A DNA stretch of 64,000 nt from Candidatus Binatia bacterium (GCA_028278325.1 JANQEO010000157.1:8533-72532), one strand, 5' to 3'. Numbered from the stretch's first letter, positions 49,870 through 59,992 are shown. Translations and numbers: made by a program. The notes: generated by a model not told the origin, from the letters alone.

Positions 49870-49898
49870 TTGACATGCATACCGGGCCACGACATTCT
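49870..49898 (+). promoter_or_regulatory. Candidate sigma70 promoter of rplU-rpmA-obgE
   Basis: TTGACA at 49870-75, 17 nt, CATTCT at 49893-98, just upstream of rplU. Confidence 0.5.
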
Positions 49899-49923
49899 TT
49901 CGTGTTTCCAGAGAGTGAATCCA

Positions 49924-50235
49924 GTGTCATATGCTGTCATCAAAACCGGCGGTAAGCAGTACCGAGTCTCACCCGGCTCCTCCGTTACCGTCGAAAAGAT
50001 GCCCGGCGAAGTAGGAGACGTCGTCGAATTCAACGAGGTCCTGCTCAAGGGCGATGCCGACAACGTCGCCGTGGGCACTCCGCTCGTCGAAGGCAGCAAG
50101 GTCACGGGCGTGATCGTCACCCAGGACCGCGGTCCTCGTATCCTCGTGTTCAAGAAGAAGCGCCGAAAGAACTACCGGCGCCGCCGCGGACACAGGCAGT
50201 GGGAAACGACGGTCAAGGTCACGGAGATCCACTAG
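49924..50235 (+). CDS. rplU: 50S ribosomal protein L21
   Basis: [27 protein letters not shown]. Confidence 0.97.
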   Translation: MSYAVIKTGGKQYRVSPGSSVTVEKMPGEVGDVVEFNEVLLKGDADNVAVGTPLVEGSKVTGVIVTQDRGPRILVFKKKRRKNYRRRRGHRQWETTVKVTEIH

Positions 50236-50254
50236 CCTATTCGGGAAAGTCGCC

Positions 50255-50509
50255 ATGGCTCATAAGAAGGGACAGGGAAGCACTCGTAACGGCCGTGACA
50301 GCAACGGCCAACGCCGCGGAGTCAAGGTATTCAGCGGCGAGAAGGTGGTCGCAGGCAACATCCTGGTCCGCCAGCTGGGCACGCGCATCCATCCTGGCGA
50401 AGGCGTAGGAATGGGTCGCGACTATACCCTCTTCGCGCTCAGAGACGGCATCGTCAGATACGAGCCGTGGAAGCGCACCAAGAAGAGGGTCAGCATCTAC
50501 CCCGCATAG
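50255..50509 (+). CDS. rpmA: 50S ribosomal protein L27
   Basis: [23 protein letters not shown]. Confidence 0.98.
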   Translation: MAHKKGQGSTRNGRDSNGQRRGVKVFSGEKVVAGNILVRQLGTRIHPGEGVGMGRDYTLFALRDGIVRYEPWKRTKKRVSIYPA

Positions 50510-50517
50510 CCCAAACT

Positions 50518-51546
50518 GTGCAGTTCATAGATGAAGCCCTCATCACGGTCGCGGCAGGCGACGGTGGCGACGGGTGCTGCGCTTTTTTGCGTGAGAAGTA
50601 CCGCCCCCACGGCGGGCCGGCCGGGGGTGACGGCGGCGACGGCGGGAACGTCGTCCTCGAGACCGACGAGGGACTGAACACCCTTCTGAGCTTCAAACGA
50701 GCTCGCACCTTTCGAGCCGCCCGTGGGGAAGCCGGGCGTGGCAAGTCTCAGCACGGCCGCTGCGGCCAAGATCTGGTGCTGCGGGTGCCGGTCGGAACGC
50801 TGGTGAGCGATTCGCAGACCCGGGAACCGATCGCAGACCTCGACCGTCCCGACATGCAGGTCACCATAGCTACGGGCGGCCGCGGGGGCGCCGGCAACGC
50901 ACGCTTCGTCAGTTCGACAAACCAGGCGCCCCGCCGTGCCGACCCCGGGCAGCCGGGCCAAACACTGCACCTAAGACTCGAACTGAAGTTGCTGGCCGAT
51001 TGCGGGCTCATCGGTCTGCCCAACGCCGGCAAGTCCAGCCTTCTCAGGCGTCTCTCGGCCGCGAAGCCGAAGGTGGCCGACTATCCGTTCAGTACCCTCG
51101 AACCCGCTCTCGGCGTGGTCAGGCTCGACGAAGAGCACTCGTTCGTCATGGCCGACATCCCGGGACTAATAGAAGGCGCACACGAGGGCGCCGGCCTGGG
51201 CACCCGCTTTCTCAAACACGTCTCGCGAACCGGCGTGCTCGTGCACTTGATAGATTCCTCCGGGCGGGATGCCGAGCAGTGCACGCGAGACTTCGACACG
51301 GTCAATCAAGAGCTGTCCCGGTACTCGTCGGAGTTGGCGTCCAAGCCGCAGCTGACCGTGGCAACCAAGATCGACTTGCCCGATGTACGCGAGCACTTGC
51401 CCCGGCTGCGGGAGGCCTTCGACGCCAGGGGAATATCCTTGGCTGCCGTCTCCTCAGCCACCGGCGAAGGATGCGACGAGTTGGTTGCTTCGATAGCCTC
51501 GGCCATGCGACATAGAGACTCGTACATCGAAGGCGGACTCGATTGA
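50518..51546 (+). CDS. obgE: GTPase ObgE
   Basis: FIDE, Gly-rich Obg fold, GLPNAGKS, DYPFST, DIPG, TKID. Confidence 0.96.
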   Translation: MQFIDEALITVAAGDGGDGCCAFLREKYRPHGGPAGGDGGDGGNVVLETDEGLNTLLSFKRARTFRAARGEAGRGKSQHGRCGQDLVLRVPVGTLVSDSQTREPIADLDRPDMQVTIATGGRGGAGNARFVSSTNQAPRRADPGQPGQTLHLRLELKLLADCGLIGLPNAGKSSLLRRLSAAKPKVADYPFSTLEPALGVVRLDEEHSFVMADIPGLIEGAHEGAGLGTRFLKHVSRTGVLVHLIDSSGRDAEQCTRDFDTVNQELSRYSSELASKPQLTVATKIDLPDVREHLPRLREAFDARGISLAAVSSATGEGCDELVASIASAMRHRDSYIEGGLD

Positions 51547-52694
51547 GCAACGGCAGAGAACAGGCGATTGCGGGCGCGCGGCGCATAGTCATCAAGCTCG
51601 GTAGCAGCATCGTCACCGACGGCGTGGCGGTGGACCGCCAGCGCATCGGGGCCGTCGCCGCAGACCTGAGCCGCCTGCACAAACAAGGATATCAGGTGAT
51701 ATTGGTCACCTCGGGCGCACGAGCCGCCGGCCTGGCGCGCCTCGGCCTCAAAGCGCTGCCCTCGGCGATCCCGGAACAGCAGGCGGCCGCGGCAGTCGGC
51801 CAGATAAACTTGATGGCGCTCTACGAAGAGTTCTTCTCCGACTTCGGCCGCCATATCGGTCAGGTGTTGCTGACCGCCTCCGACATCGAGGATCGCACAC
51901 GCTACCTGAACGCTCGCCACACCTTCGAACACCTGCTCGACCACGGCATCATCCCGGTCGTCAACGAAAACGACTCTGTGGTGGTCGACGAGCTCAAGTT
52001 CGGCGACAACGACAACCTCGCTGCGCTGGTCGCCGGCTTGGTCAGTGCGGATCTGTTGGTGATACTCACCGACGTCGACGGTCTTTACTCCTCAGATCCG
52101 AGGCTGGGAGAAAGCGAACTCGTCGATACCGTCGAACGCATCGACGACGAGCTTCTAGCCAGGGCCGGTGGGGCCAGCGGCGTCGGGACCGGCGGCATGG
52201 CCAGCAAGATAGCGGCGGCCCGCTCCGCCTCGCACCGGGGGATCCCGACCGTAATCGCCAACGGACGCCGCGACGAGATCCTGACCGAACTGATCGACAA
52301 GCGGCTGCGAGTCGGCACCTTCTTCGCCGGCGCCGACTCGACGATATCGAGTCGCAAGCACTGGATCGCCTACGGCATGACCTTACGTGGACGGCTGGTG
52401 CTCGACGAGGGTGCGGTCAAGGCTCTGGTGTCGAAGCGGGGGAGCCTCCTGTCCAAGGGCATCGTCGAAGTCAGCGGGGACTTCTCTTCCGGAGATTGCG
52501 TGAGCTGTATCGGCCCCGACGGGCGCGAGATAGCACGGGGCTTGGTCGCCTACGACTCGAAGGATTGCATGAAGATCAAGGGCGTAAAGAGCCAAGATAT
52601 CAAAGGCATTCTCGGCTACCAGCTCGGCGATGAAGTCATCCACCGCGACGACCTGGTAATCCTCGAGAACGGCTCGGGAGCACCTGCACGATGA
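51543..52694 (+). CDS. proB: Glutamate 5-kinase with PUA domain
   Basis: VIKLGSS, TSGA, NEND, FGDND, GTGGMASK, IHRDDLV. Confidence 0.96.
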   Translation: MSNGREQAIAGARRIVIKLGSSIVTDGVAVDRQRIGAVAADLSRLHKQGYQVILVTSGARAAGLARLGLKALPSAIPEQQAAAAVGQINLMALYEEFFSDFGRHIGQVLLTASDIEDRTRYLNARHTFEHLLDHGIIPVVNENDSVVVDELKFGDNDNLAALVAGLVSADLLVILTDVDGLYSSDPRLGESELVDTVERIDDELLARAGGASGVGTGGMASKIAAARSASHRGIPTVIANGRRDEILTELIDKRLRVGTFFAGADSTISSRKHWIAYGMTLRGRLVLDEGAVKALVSKRGSLLSKGIVEVSGDFSSGDCVSCIGPDGREIARGLVAYDSKDCMKIKGVKSQDIKGILGYQLGDEVIHRDDLVILENGSGAPAR

Positions 52695-53950
52695 CACGGG
52701 ATACGGCCTCCGACATCGACCTCCTCTGCACTCAGGCACGATCCGCCGCACGCCGCCTCGCCGGGTTGCCCGATGAAACGCGGCGTGACGCCCTGATCGC
52801 CGGGGCCGAGCACTTGCGTGCGCGCAGCGGTGACATAAGCAGCGCCAACGCCGCAGACCTGGAGGCGGCCGCCCAAGCCGGACTGAGCAGCGCGATGATC
52901 GACCGCCTGGAGCTCAACCGCCCCCGCATCGAAGCCATGGCTGCGGGGCTCGAGACCGTGGCTGCTCTCCCCGATCCTCTCGGCGAGACCATCGCACAAT
53001 GGACGGCTCCGTCGGGACTTCTTATCACCCAGACCCGCATACCCATCGGAGTCGTCGCGGTGATCTACGAATCTCGCCCCAACGTCACCGCCGACGTGTC
53101 GGCTCTGTGCATCAGGTCGGGGAACGCCGCGATCCTGAAAGGCGGCAAGGAAGCCATTCACTCGAATGGGATGATTGCGGACGTTCTCACCGAAGCCTTC
53201 TCCGCCTGCGGCCTGCCGAGTTCAGCGCTTCAGTTGGTCAGGTCGACGGAGCGTGAGGCCACAACCGCCCTGCTAGGCCGTGACGATGCCATCGACGTAG
53301 TCGTTCCCCGTGGGGGACCGGGCTTGGTGAGGGCGGTAGCGGAAAACGCGAGGGTTCCCGTGATCAAGCACTACGAAGGCGTGTGTCACGTCTATGTGGA
53401 TCGCCACGCCGATCTTTCCACAGCTGAAGAGATCGCCTTCAACGCCAAAGTCCGACGGCCCGGCGTCTGCAACGCCATGGAGACGCTGGTCGTTCATTCC
53501 GATGTTGCCGCACCCTTCCTGGCGGCGCTTGGCCCTCGCCTGCAGGATGCCGGAGTCGAGCTGCGAGCCGACGAACGGGCCACCGAACTTTTAGAGGGGG
53601 CACGGCCGGCGACGCCGGAAGACTGGACGACCGAGTATCTCGATCTCATTCTGGCGGTCAAGATCGTGGACTCGGTCGATGAAGCGATCGACTTCATCAA
53701 CGACAACGGCTCGGGCCACTCCGACTGTATCTGCACCGCCGACCAAGAGAGCGCCGATCGTTTCCTTGCCGGTGTCGACTCGGCAGTGGTCTACCAAAAC
53801 GCCTCTACGCGTTTCACCGACGGCTACGAGTTCGGGTTCGGCGCCGAGGTCGGCATCTCCACGAACCGCATACACGCGCGTGGGCCCATGGGCCTGCGCG
53901 AGTTAACGACCTACAAGTACCTGGTGCATGGCGACGGTCAGATCCGCTGA
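52691..53950 (+). CDS. proA: Gamma-glutamyl phosphate reductase
   Basis: YESRPNVT, LKGGKEA, PRGG, CNAMET, NASTRF, ISTNRIHARGP. Confidence 0.97.
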   Translation: MTRDTASDIDLLCTQARSAARRLAGLPDETRRDALIAGAEHLRARSGDISSANAADLEAAAQAGLSSAMIDRLELNRPRIEAMAAGLETVAALPDPLGETIAQWTAPSGLLITQTRIPIGVVAVIYESRPNVTADVSALCIRSGNAAILKGGKEAIHSNGMIADVLTEAFSACGLPSSALQLVRSTEREATTALLGRDDAIDVVVPRGGPGLVRAVAENARVPVIKHYEGVCHVYVDRHADLSTAEEIAFNAKVRRPGVCNAMETLVVHSDVAAPFLAALGPRLQDAGVELRADERATELLEGARPATPEDWTTEYLDLILAVKIVDSVDEAIDFINDNGSGHSDCICTADQESADRFLAGVDSAVVYQNASTRFTDGYEFGFGAEVGISTNRIHARGPMGLRELTTYKYLVHGDGQIR

Positions 53951-54611
53951 GGCCGGTCGACGCCTCGGGATCATGGGGGGCACCTTCGATCCGGTGCACC
54001 TCGGGCATCTCGAGAGCGCCAAGGCGGTTGCCGGGGCCTACGACCTGGAACGGGTGATGATGGTGTTGAGCGCGCGTCCACCCCACAAGACCGAAGGCCC
54101 ACACGCGACCGTGGAACAGAGGCTGGCCATGCTCGAGATCGCCGCCGGCGACCACCCACAGTTGGAGGCGAGCGACCTGGAGGTCCGAAGAGCCGGACCG
54201 TCCTACACCGTAGATACGGTAGAGGAACTGGCTCGAGCCAACCCGGCCGACGCGTTCTTCCTCATCCTCGGCGTCGATGCTTACACCGAGATCGACACCT
54301 GGTACCGCCCTGCAGACTTACTCGAGAGCGCTAACATCATCGTAACGACGCGGGCGGGTACGGGCCTCGACACCGAGTCCATACAACCGCCCTTTGCTGC
54401 CCGAGATGCGACTTGTTATGATTCGAAAATCGGCGGCTACCTTCACAATTCAGGACATACCCTGACCACTCTCGACATCGACGGGCTCGACATCTCCGCT
54501 TCCGAGATAAGGCGTCTTGCAGCCGGCGGGTCGGATGTCGCGCACCTGACCGGCAAAGAAGTTGCCGCGTACATCGCTTCGGAGCGAGTCTACGGAGCCC
54601 GCGAATCTTGA
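53928..54611 (+). CDS. nadD: Nicotinate-nucleotide adenylyltransferase
   Basis: GGTFDPVHLGH, PPHK, SYTVDT, ISASEIR. Confidence 0.95.
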   Translation: MATVRSAEAGRRLGIMGGTFDPVHLGHLESAKAVAGAYDLERVMMVLSARPPHKTEGPHATVEQRLAMLEIAAGDHPQLEASDLEVRRAGPSYTVDTVEELARANPADAFFLILGVDAYTEIDTWYRPADLLESANIIVTTRAGTGLDTESIQPPFAARDATCYDSKIGGYLHNSGHTLTTLDIDGLDISASEIRRLAAGGSDVAHLTGKEVAAYIASERVYGARES

Positions 54612-54988
54612 GTCAGACTTCGTCCGCGCACGATCTCGCGGTCACCATCGCTGAGCTGGCTTCGCAGCGAAAGGCCCTCGACATAACGGTGGTGGACCTG
54701 GCCGACGCCGTCTACATCACCGATTACTTCGTCATCTGCACCGGCCGCTCCGATGTCCACGTAAAGTCCATCTGCGAACGCATCAACGAAGGGCTGTCGG
54801 CGATCGGAATTCGACCGCGCGCCACCGAGGGACTCGAGCACGCAACCTGGGCACTACTCGATTGCGGCGATGTCGTGGTTCACGTCTTCCAGGAACAGAC
54901 CCGCAGATTCTACGACCTGGAACGGCTTTGGAGCCACTTGCCTTGCTGGAGCTTTGAAGATAGCAGCTTGGCGGTAGACCGCTCCTGA
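54608..54988 (+). CDS. rsfS: Ribosome silencing factor RsfS
   Basis: KA-DI, DYFVICTG-S..HV, WALLD-GDVVVH-F, R-FYDLE-LW. Confidence 0.95.
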   Translation: MSQTSSAHDLAVTIAELASQRKALDITVVDLADAVYITDYFVICTGRSDVHVKSICERINEGLSAIGIRPRATEGLEHATWALLDCGDVVVHVFQEQTRRFYDLERLWSHLPCWSFEDSSLAVDRS

Positions 54989-54994
54989 CCCGCC

Positions 54995-56179
54995 ATGTTA
55001 CGTCGTATTCTCTACTTCGCCGTCACCATCGTGTTGATGGGCTGTGTCGGCGGACTCGTCTACCTCAACCCCCAGGAAACCACCTTTAGGCTCACACCCG
55101 ACAAAGCCGTAGAGCTGCCGGTGAGCCTGCTCATTCTCGGAGCGACGACGGCCGGGGCCGCCGTCCTTTTCCTGGTAATGATGCTGCGCGAAGGCCGCAG
55201 GGCCCTTCGCGACTGGCGAGTCTATCGCGAGCAACGGGCCGCGGAGCGCACCGCTCAGCAAAGGGCCGAGGCTCGATCACTGGCTCTGGCGGGCAACTAC
55301 AACAAGGCGCGGGCGCTGATGAACAAGGTCACGAGCAAACGTGACGCAGATGTAGGCGACCTGACCGACTATGCATCCATCTTCATGCTCGAGGGCGCTT
55401 TCGACGAAGCCAAGCGGCTGCTGGAGGAAGGTCAGACCCAGTTCGGCAACGACCCGGTGCTGCTCCACGCCCTTGCGAAAGCCTGCGTGGCGGTAGGAGA
55501 CAACGGCGGCGCGATTGCGGCTCTCGACCGGGCGCTGGCGACCTATCCATCCAGCCTGCAGATGCTCGAAACTCTCCGGGACTGTCTCTTCGCCACAGAG
55601 GATTGGGCGAGAGCCTCGGAGACCCAGCAACGGATCGTTGCTTTGCGACAAGACGACCCTGCCGAACTCGAGAAGCTACTTCGCGCCCGCCTCGCTCACG
55701 CCGAGCAAGCATCCCCGGAGAACCGCGACGCTCTTCTCAAGTCCATCCTCAAGCTCGCACGCGACTATGCGCCGGCGATCGTGGCCAGAGCCAAGCTCTT
55801 GAAGGAGACCGGACAGGAGCGCCAGGCCATGCGCCTGCTGGAAAAGTCAGTGGTCCGCGAGCCGTCGAGCGAGTTGCTCGACCTGATAGAGGAGCTGTTG
55901 GGCGAGTCCCAGCAGCAAAGGGCCGTGAAGTTGTACGAGAAACTGATGACCGCTCACCCCTCCAACGACATGCTCAGGCTCAGAGCGGCACGTTTCCTGA
56001 TCGGTGCCGGCCAGCCCGACCGGGCCGAGGAGGTGCTCGCCGGCCTGCACGGAAGCGCAGCCGAGAGCGACAGCAAGACTCTTCTGTCCCTCGTCTATCA
56101 GCAGCGCGGCAACACGGACCTCGCCACGGAATACGCCCGTCAGGCCGTCGCGGCCAGGCAACTCCAAGGCGAGAGCTGA
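54995..56179 (+). CDS. LapA-like membrane domain fused to TPR repeats (LapB-like)
   Basis: TM-N(PQ)-beta hairpin-LP-TM pattern resembling DUF1049/LapA, followed by multiple TPR-like helices; no C-terminal CxxC rubredoxin. Confidence 0.65.
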   Translation: MLRRILYFAVTIVLMGCVGGLVYLNPQETTFRLTPDKAVELPVSLLILGATTAGAAVLFLVMMLREGRRALRDWRVYREQRAAERTAQQRAEARSLALAGNYNKARALMNKVTSKRDADVGDLTDYASIFMLEGAFDEAKRLLEEGQTQFGNDPVLLHALAKACVAVGDNGGAIAALDRALATYPSSLQMLETLRDCLFATEDWARASETQQRIVALRQDDPAELEKLLRARLAHAEQASPENRDALLKSILKLARDYAPAIVARAKLLKETGQERQAMRLLEKSVVREPSSELLDLIEELLGESQQQRAVKLYEKLMTAHPSNDMLRLRAARFLIGAGQPDRAEEVLAGLHGSAAESDSKTLLSLVYQQRGNTDLATEYARQAVAARQLQGES

Positions 56180-56203
56180 TCGCCGTCAGAGCTGCGCCCG
56201 CCC

Positions 56204-57358
56204 TCAAAACCGCTCGACGATTTCCCCCAGGGTAGCCAAGTCGTGGACGTCGCGTCCCATGTCGGGAACCGCTGCGGTTACGACCGTGTCGCCCAGGCCC
56301 AACTCGAAAGCATCGCGCCTCACGGCTTCGACCCGAGCCAAGCGACACGCCTCCTTGTAGGCGTCGACCAGCCAGGCTCTGGCCCGCGCGTCGACACCGT
56401 GCGCCTCCAGGTAGTGTTGGAGCCAACTTAGATACTCGGAAACATGACTAGAATCAGATCCTTGTGGCTCGACATGAAGGCGATTCATCAATACGGCTTT
56501 GAGGGGCACGCCGAGTTTCTCCATCCGGCCGGACAGGTATTCGGTATCGTCTAGCACCTGCTCGTCCGGCCCCGTGACAAGCACGAAGGCCGTATCGGGG
56601 CCTTTCAAGAGACCCTGGACGCGGCTGCTGCGCTGCGCGATACCGTCGAAAGCCTCCTCCATCAGGATGAAGAACTCCGAGATCTGGCTCAGCGTCTGCC
56701 CCCCTGTCGCGTCCTCGATGCGTGAGAACAAGTACCTCACGCTGCGGCTGGCGGTCTTCCACGCGCTCCAGCCGAGGGTGGCGTAAGGCCTCACAAACCA
56801 CCTTACGGTGGCGCGGTCGAGAAATCTGGAGAGCCGCTCCGGGGCTTCCAGGAAGTCGAGAGCATAGGCCGTGGGAGGCGTGTCCAAGACTATGAGATCG
56901 TAGCGCCCCGACTCATGAATCCGATAGAGCTCTTCGATGGCCATGTACTCGGTGGAGCCGGCGAAAGAGCGCGACAGCTGCTGGTAGAAACCGTTGGCCA
57001 GTATGGTCTCGGCGGCTTCCGGAGTCGGAGCGTAACGCCGAATGAAACCGTCCCACGCGCTTTTCTGGTCGAGCATGCCCGCGAACATGTCGCCGGTTAC
57101 CGCTAATCCACACTCCGCAAGGCGCTGGGGATCTATTCGTTCACCGTCGGCAGCCAAGGTCTCCAACCCGAGTGACTGCGCCAGTCGTCGGGCCGGATCG
57201 ATGGTAAGCACCATACTGCGCCGCCCGTTGAGGGCGCCCCAAAGGCCCAGAGCTGCGGCGATGGTGGTCTTGCCCACTCCCCCGCTGCCCACGCAGACGA
57301 CTACCCGGTGACTCGAGATCAAATCGGTGAGACTCGAAGCCCGGGCCGCTTCGCTCAT
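56204..57358 (-). CDS. ArsA/Get3-like ATPase (BagB-type subunit)
   Basis: GSGGVGKTT, TIDPARRL, DTPPT..ALDFL; ATG 57358 overlaps the upstream stop. Confidence 0.88.
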   Translation of the reverse strand: MSEAARASSLTDLISSHRVVVCVGSGGVGKTTIAAALGLWGALNGRRSMVLTIDPARRLAQSLGLETLAADGERIDPQRLAECGLAVTGDMFAGMLDQKSAWDGFIRRYAPTPEAAETILANGFYQQLSRSFAGSTEYMAIEELYRIHESGRYDLIVLDTPPTAYALDFLEAPERLSRFLDRATVRWFVRPYATLGWSAWKTASRSVRYLFSRIEDATGGQTLSQISEFFILMEEAFDGIAQRSSRVQGLLKGPDTAFVLVTGPDEQVLDDTEYLSGRMEKLGVPLKAVLMNRLHVEPQGSDSSHVSEYLSWLQHYLEAHGVDARARAWLVDAYKEACRLARVEAVRRDAFELGLGDTVVTAAVPDMGRDVHDLATLGEIVERF

Positions 57359-58305
57359 GCCAGAGACCCGCTCAAGCGACGTAGTTCGTCGGCAGTGAAA
57401 TCGTCGCAGGCGATCCAAGGCAGACGCAGAGCCTCGGTCTTCAGCTCGTCCTCGAGACGCGCTATCCCCGAGTCCTGCCGCCGGTCTGCATCGGCCGCAA
57501 TCACCGCCGCAGCCAGCAGGCCCCCATGTAGATCGCGGGCATCGCCGCCGATCCCGGAAGCTTGTAACGCCGAAACGGCCTCCGCGCTCGATAGCAACTC
57601 TATGGCTTCGTCGACGCCGGGCGGACGCGGCGGCCGGCACCGGTTCACGAGAATCTCGCCTACCGGGATGCCCAATTCCACGTGCAGGGCGTGGACGATC
57701 TCGATGGCCTCGGCCAACGGCATGTCTTCGGGTGTAGACACGACATGAACTTCGGTGGAATCCGGATCGCGCAGCAAGCCGGCCACCCGTTCGGCTTCGC
57801 GATGGACCAGCCCCGAGCGGAAAGTGGTAGCGGCCGCCGCGGGCATCTTCAGGTACTGCAGGCTGTGGCCGGAGGCGCCCGCGTCGACGACGATCAGATC
57901 CCATTCGGGCTTTCCGTCGGCGCCGACCTTGTTGAACTCGTACCAGATCTTGCCCACCGCCATGAGCTCCTTGAGGCCGGGCGCGGCGGCAACGAAATAC
58001 TTGTACAAGCGGCTGGCGAAGACCGTCGTCAACAGACGTCGTATAGGCACGACGAGCCCCAGATACTCGGCGAGGGAATCTTCGCCGCGAACGCGGCAAA
58101 GATACAATCCGGGTCGCGTCTCGAAGGGTGTAGTGGAGGGGGTCTTGCCGTCAGCCAGCAGGCGCGACAGCCCGCCCGACTCGTCGAACTCTACCGCCAA
58201 CACCCTGAGGCCGGATTCGGCCGCACGCATGGCGAGCGCGGCCGTGACGGTGGACTTGCCGACACCGCCCTTCCCGACGACGAACTGTAGCCGTTTGCCA
58301 CTCAT
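57355..58305 (-). CDS. ArsA/Get3-like ATPase (BagA-type subunit)
   Basis: GKGGVGKST, APGLKEL..GK, DAGASGH, PE-MP..E. Confidence 0.88.
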   Translation of the reverse strand: MSGKRLQFVVGKGGVGKSTVTAALAMRAAESGLRVLAVEFDESGGLSRLLADGKTPSTTPFETRPGLYLCRVRGEDSLAEYLGLVVPIRRLLTTVFASRLYKYFVAAAPGLKELMAVGKIWYEFNKVGADGKPEWDLIVVDAGASGHSLQYLKMPAAAATTFRSGLVHREAERVAGLLRDPDSTEVHVVSTPEDMPLAEAIEIVHALHVELGIPVGEILVNRCRPPRPPGVDEAIELLSSAEAVSALQASGIGGDARDLHGGLLAAAVIAADADRRQDSGIARLEDELKTEALRLPWIACDDFTADELRRLSGSLA

Positions 58306-58412
58306 GCCATGAGCCTCGATAATCATGTCCGAGTTTCGTCGAATGCGCATATGCTGACGCCGGGAACCCCTCCATGTTGAAAGAGCACGACCGCCCGCAC
58401 GAGGCTGCACGC

Positions 58413-59066
58413 ATGATCAAACGCCCCTTGCTTGCTGCGGTGGTGGTCCTGAGCACGTCGGCCTTGGTCATGTCGGCATGCTCGGCTCCACCTCCACCCA
58501 AAGAGTCGGAGCTGCTGGCGGAGGCGACCCAGAGCTTCGAGGACACCAGCTACCTGACGGCCATCGAGGACTACGAACGCCTCATCGAGCAGTTTCCGTT
58601 CTCCGATGCCGCAGAAACGGCACGCTTACGCATCGGCCACGCCCACTACCTTGCTCGCCAATACCAGCAGGCCATCGCGGCATTCAACGACTTCGAGCGC
58701 CTCCACCCGACCAGCCCCGACCTTCCCTTCGTCGAATACACCATCGGTCTTTGCTACCTGGACCAGTCGACCACTCACGATCGAGACAAGAGCGCCTCGG
58801 AGGATGCTCTTCGTCAGTTCGAACGGGTGGCCCAGCGTCACGCGGGCACCCTATACGGCGAGCTCGCGCGGTTCAGAGCGCTGCAGGCCCGTGAGAATCT
58901 CGCGGAACACGAGCTCGCAGTCGCCGCGTATTACATGGAGAGCGGAAACAGCGATGCTGCGTACGCTCGTTACCAGTACGTTCTCAGCGCTTTTCCCAGC
59001 ACCGAGTCGGCGCAGTTCGCCGCAAAGAAGCTGGCCAAGCGCCAGCCGGTCGACGACGCTGACTAG
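58413..59066 (+). CDS. bamD: Outer membrane protein assembly lipoprotein BamD
   Basis: Lipobox VMSAC, TPRs, FPFS, LHPTSP, DRD, LAEHEL-VA-YY. Confidence 0.9.
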   Translation: MIKRPLLAAVVVLSTSALVMSACSAPPPPKESELLAEATQSFEDTSYLTAIEDYERLIEQFPFSDAAETARLRIGHAHYLARQYQQAIAAFNDFERLHPTSPDLPFVEYTIGLCYLDQSTTHDRDKSASEDALRQFERVAQRHAGTLYGELARFRALQARENLAEHELAVAAYYMESGNSDAAYARYQYVLSAFPSTESAQFAAKKLAKRQPVDDAD

Positions 59067-59072
59067 AAGTTC

Positions 59073-59816
59073 CTAGTCGAGCAGGCGCCGGCGCAGCCGC
59101 TCCGCCAGTTCTTGACCGACGCCTATGTAGTCGAGGTATCCGGTTACCGAGCCCCACCGGCGATCCAACTCCACCAGCGTGTGCCTCATCCGCGATGGAG
59201 GGCTGGACGTCAGGTAGGCGATGGCCTCCTCGTCCATTCCGATCTCCTCGAGTGCGTCCCTGAAAGAATCCAGCCTCTGCCTCAGATAGACCTCCGAGAT
59301 CGAGTAGTCCTCGACGATATCATCGTCAGCCACGCCGAGGACCCTGAGTAACACCGCAGCGACAACGCCGGTTCGATCCTTGCCCCCCGTACAGTGAAAG
59401 ACAGTGGCATCGGGACCGCCCCGGCACAGCCATTCAAGAACCTCGGCAATCACGTGGCCGCCGGTTTCGAGCATCTCTACGTAACGGTTCTGCAGATCGA
59501 TGTTGCGCCAGTCGATATCGGGGTCGAAAGGACTGAGGGTAACCTCGACCAACGGGGTGTGTCGGTGGTGCATAGCCGCGAAGTCACCGACACCGTCGTT
59601 GGCCAGCTCGGAGTCGCTCCGAAGGTCGAAGATCCGCCCTATCCCGAGACCCTCCAGTATCGCGACGTCCTCGTCGTGAAGAGTGGCCAGGGTACCCGAC
59701 CGGTACACCCTGCCCCGCCGTACGGGGCGGCCATCCTGTCCGACATAGCCCCCGATGTCCCTGAAGTTGAAGGTGCCGATGAGCTCTATGCGCCGGTCCG
59801 ACATGAGATTTTCCAT
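59073..59816 (-). CDS. Tyrosine-protein phosphatase (PtpB/IphP-like)
   Basis: NFRDIGGY, YRS, DLRS, HCTGGKDRTG P-loop, DY-IS. Confidence 0.9.
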   Translation of the reverse strand: MENLMSDRRIELIGTFNFRDIGGYVGQDGRPVRRGRVYRSGTLATLHDEDVAILEGLGIGRIFDLRSDSELANDGVGDFAAMHHRHTPLVEVTLSPFDPDIDWRNIDLQNRYVEMLETGGHVIAEVLEWLCRGGPDATVFHCTGGKDRTGVVAAVLLRVLGVADDDIVEDYSISEVYLRQRLDSFRDALEEIGMDEEAIAYLTSSPPSRMRHTLVELDRRWGSVTGYLDYIGVGQELAERLRRRLLD

Positions 59817-59830
59817 GATATCCGCTTATT

Positions 59831-59859
59831 TTGACAGGGAAACGCACTTTGGCTATTTT
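59831..59859 (+). promoter_or_regulatory. sigma70 promoter of the SAM-riboswitch operon
   Basis: TTGACA (59831-36), 17 nt, TATTTT (59854-59), 6 nt before the riboswitch P1. Confidence 0.75.
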
Positions 59860-59865
59860 GATCGT

Positions 59866-59977
59866 GCCTTATCACGAGTGGCAGAGGGAATAGGCCCTGT
59901 GAAGCCACAGCAACCGGCCTCTTTAGGTGCAGGTGCTAAGTCCTACGTTCCGAAGGAGATGGAACGGAAGATGGGGC
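59866..59977 (+). ncRNA. SAM-I (S-box) riboswitch aptamer
   Basis: P1 GCCTTATC/GATGGGGC; ATC-x-x-GAG, GAGGGA..GGCCC..GAAGCC, GCAACC, GGTGCTAAGTCC, AGAT match the S-box consensus. Confidence 0.93.
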
Positions 59978-59992
59978 GAGGGAAAGAATCAC

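Noticed and set aside
56204-58099. 631-aa ORF suggesting a fused two-domain ArsA
   Set aside because: The first ~247 codons are an Arg-rich off-frame read of the upstream ATPase; the real start is ATG 57358 in an ATGA overlap
56204-59816. Arsenic resistance locus (ArsA-like ATPases, phosphatase)
   Set aside because: No arsR/B/C/D or acr3; the phosphatase is PtpB-like rather than ArsC-like
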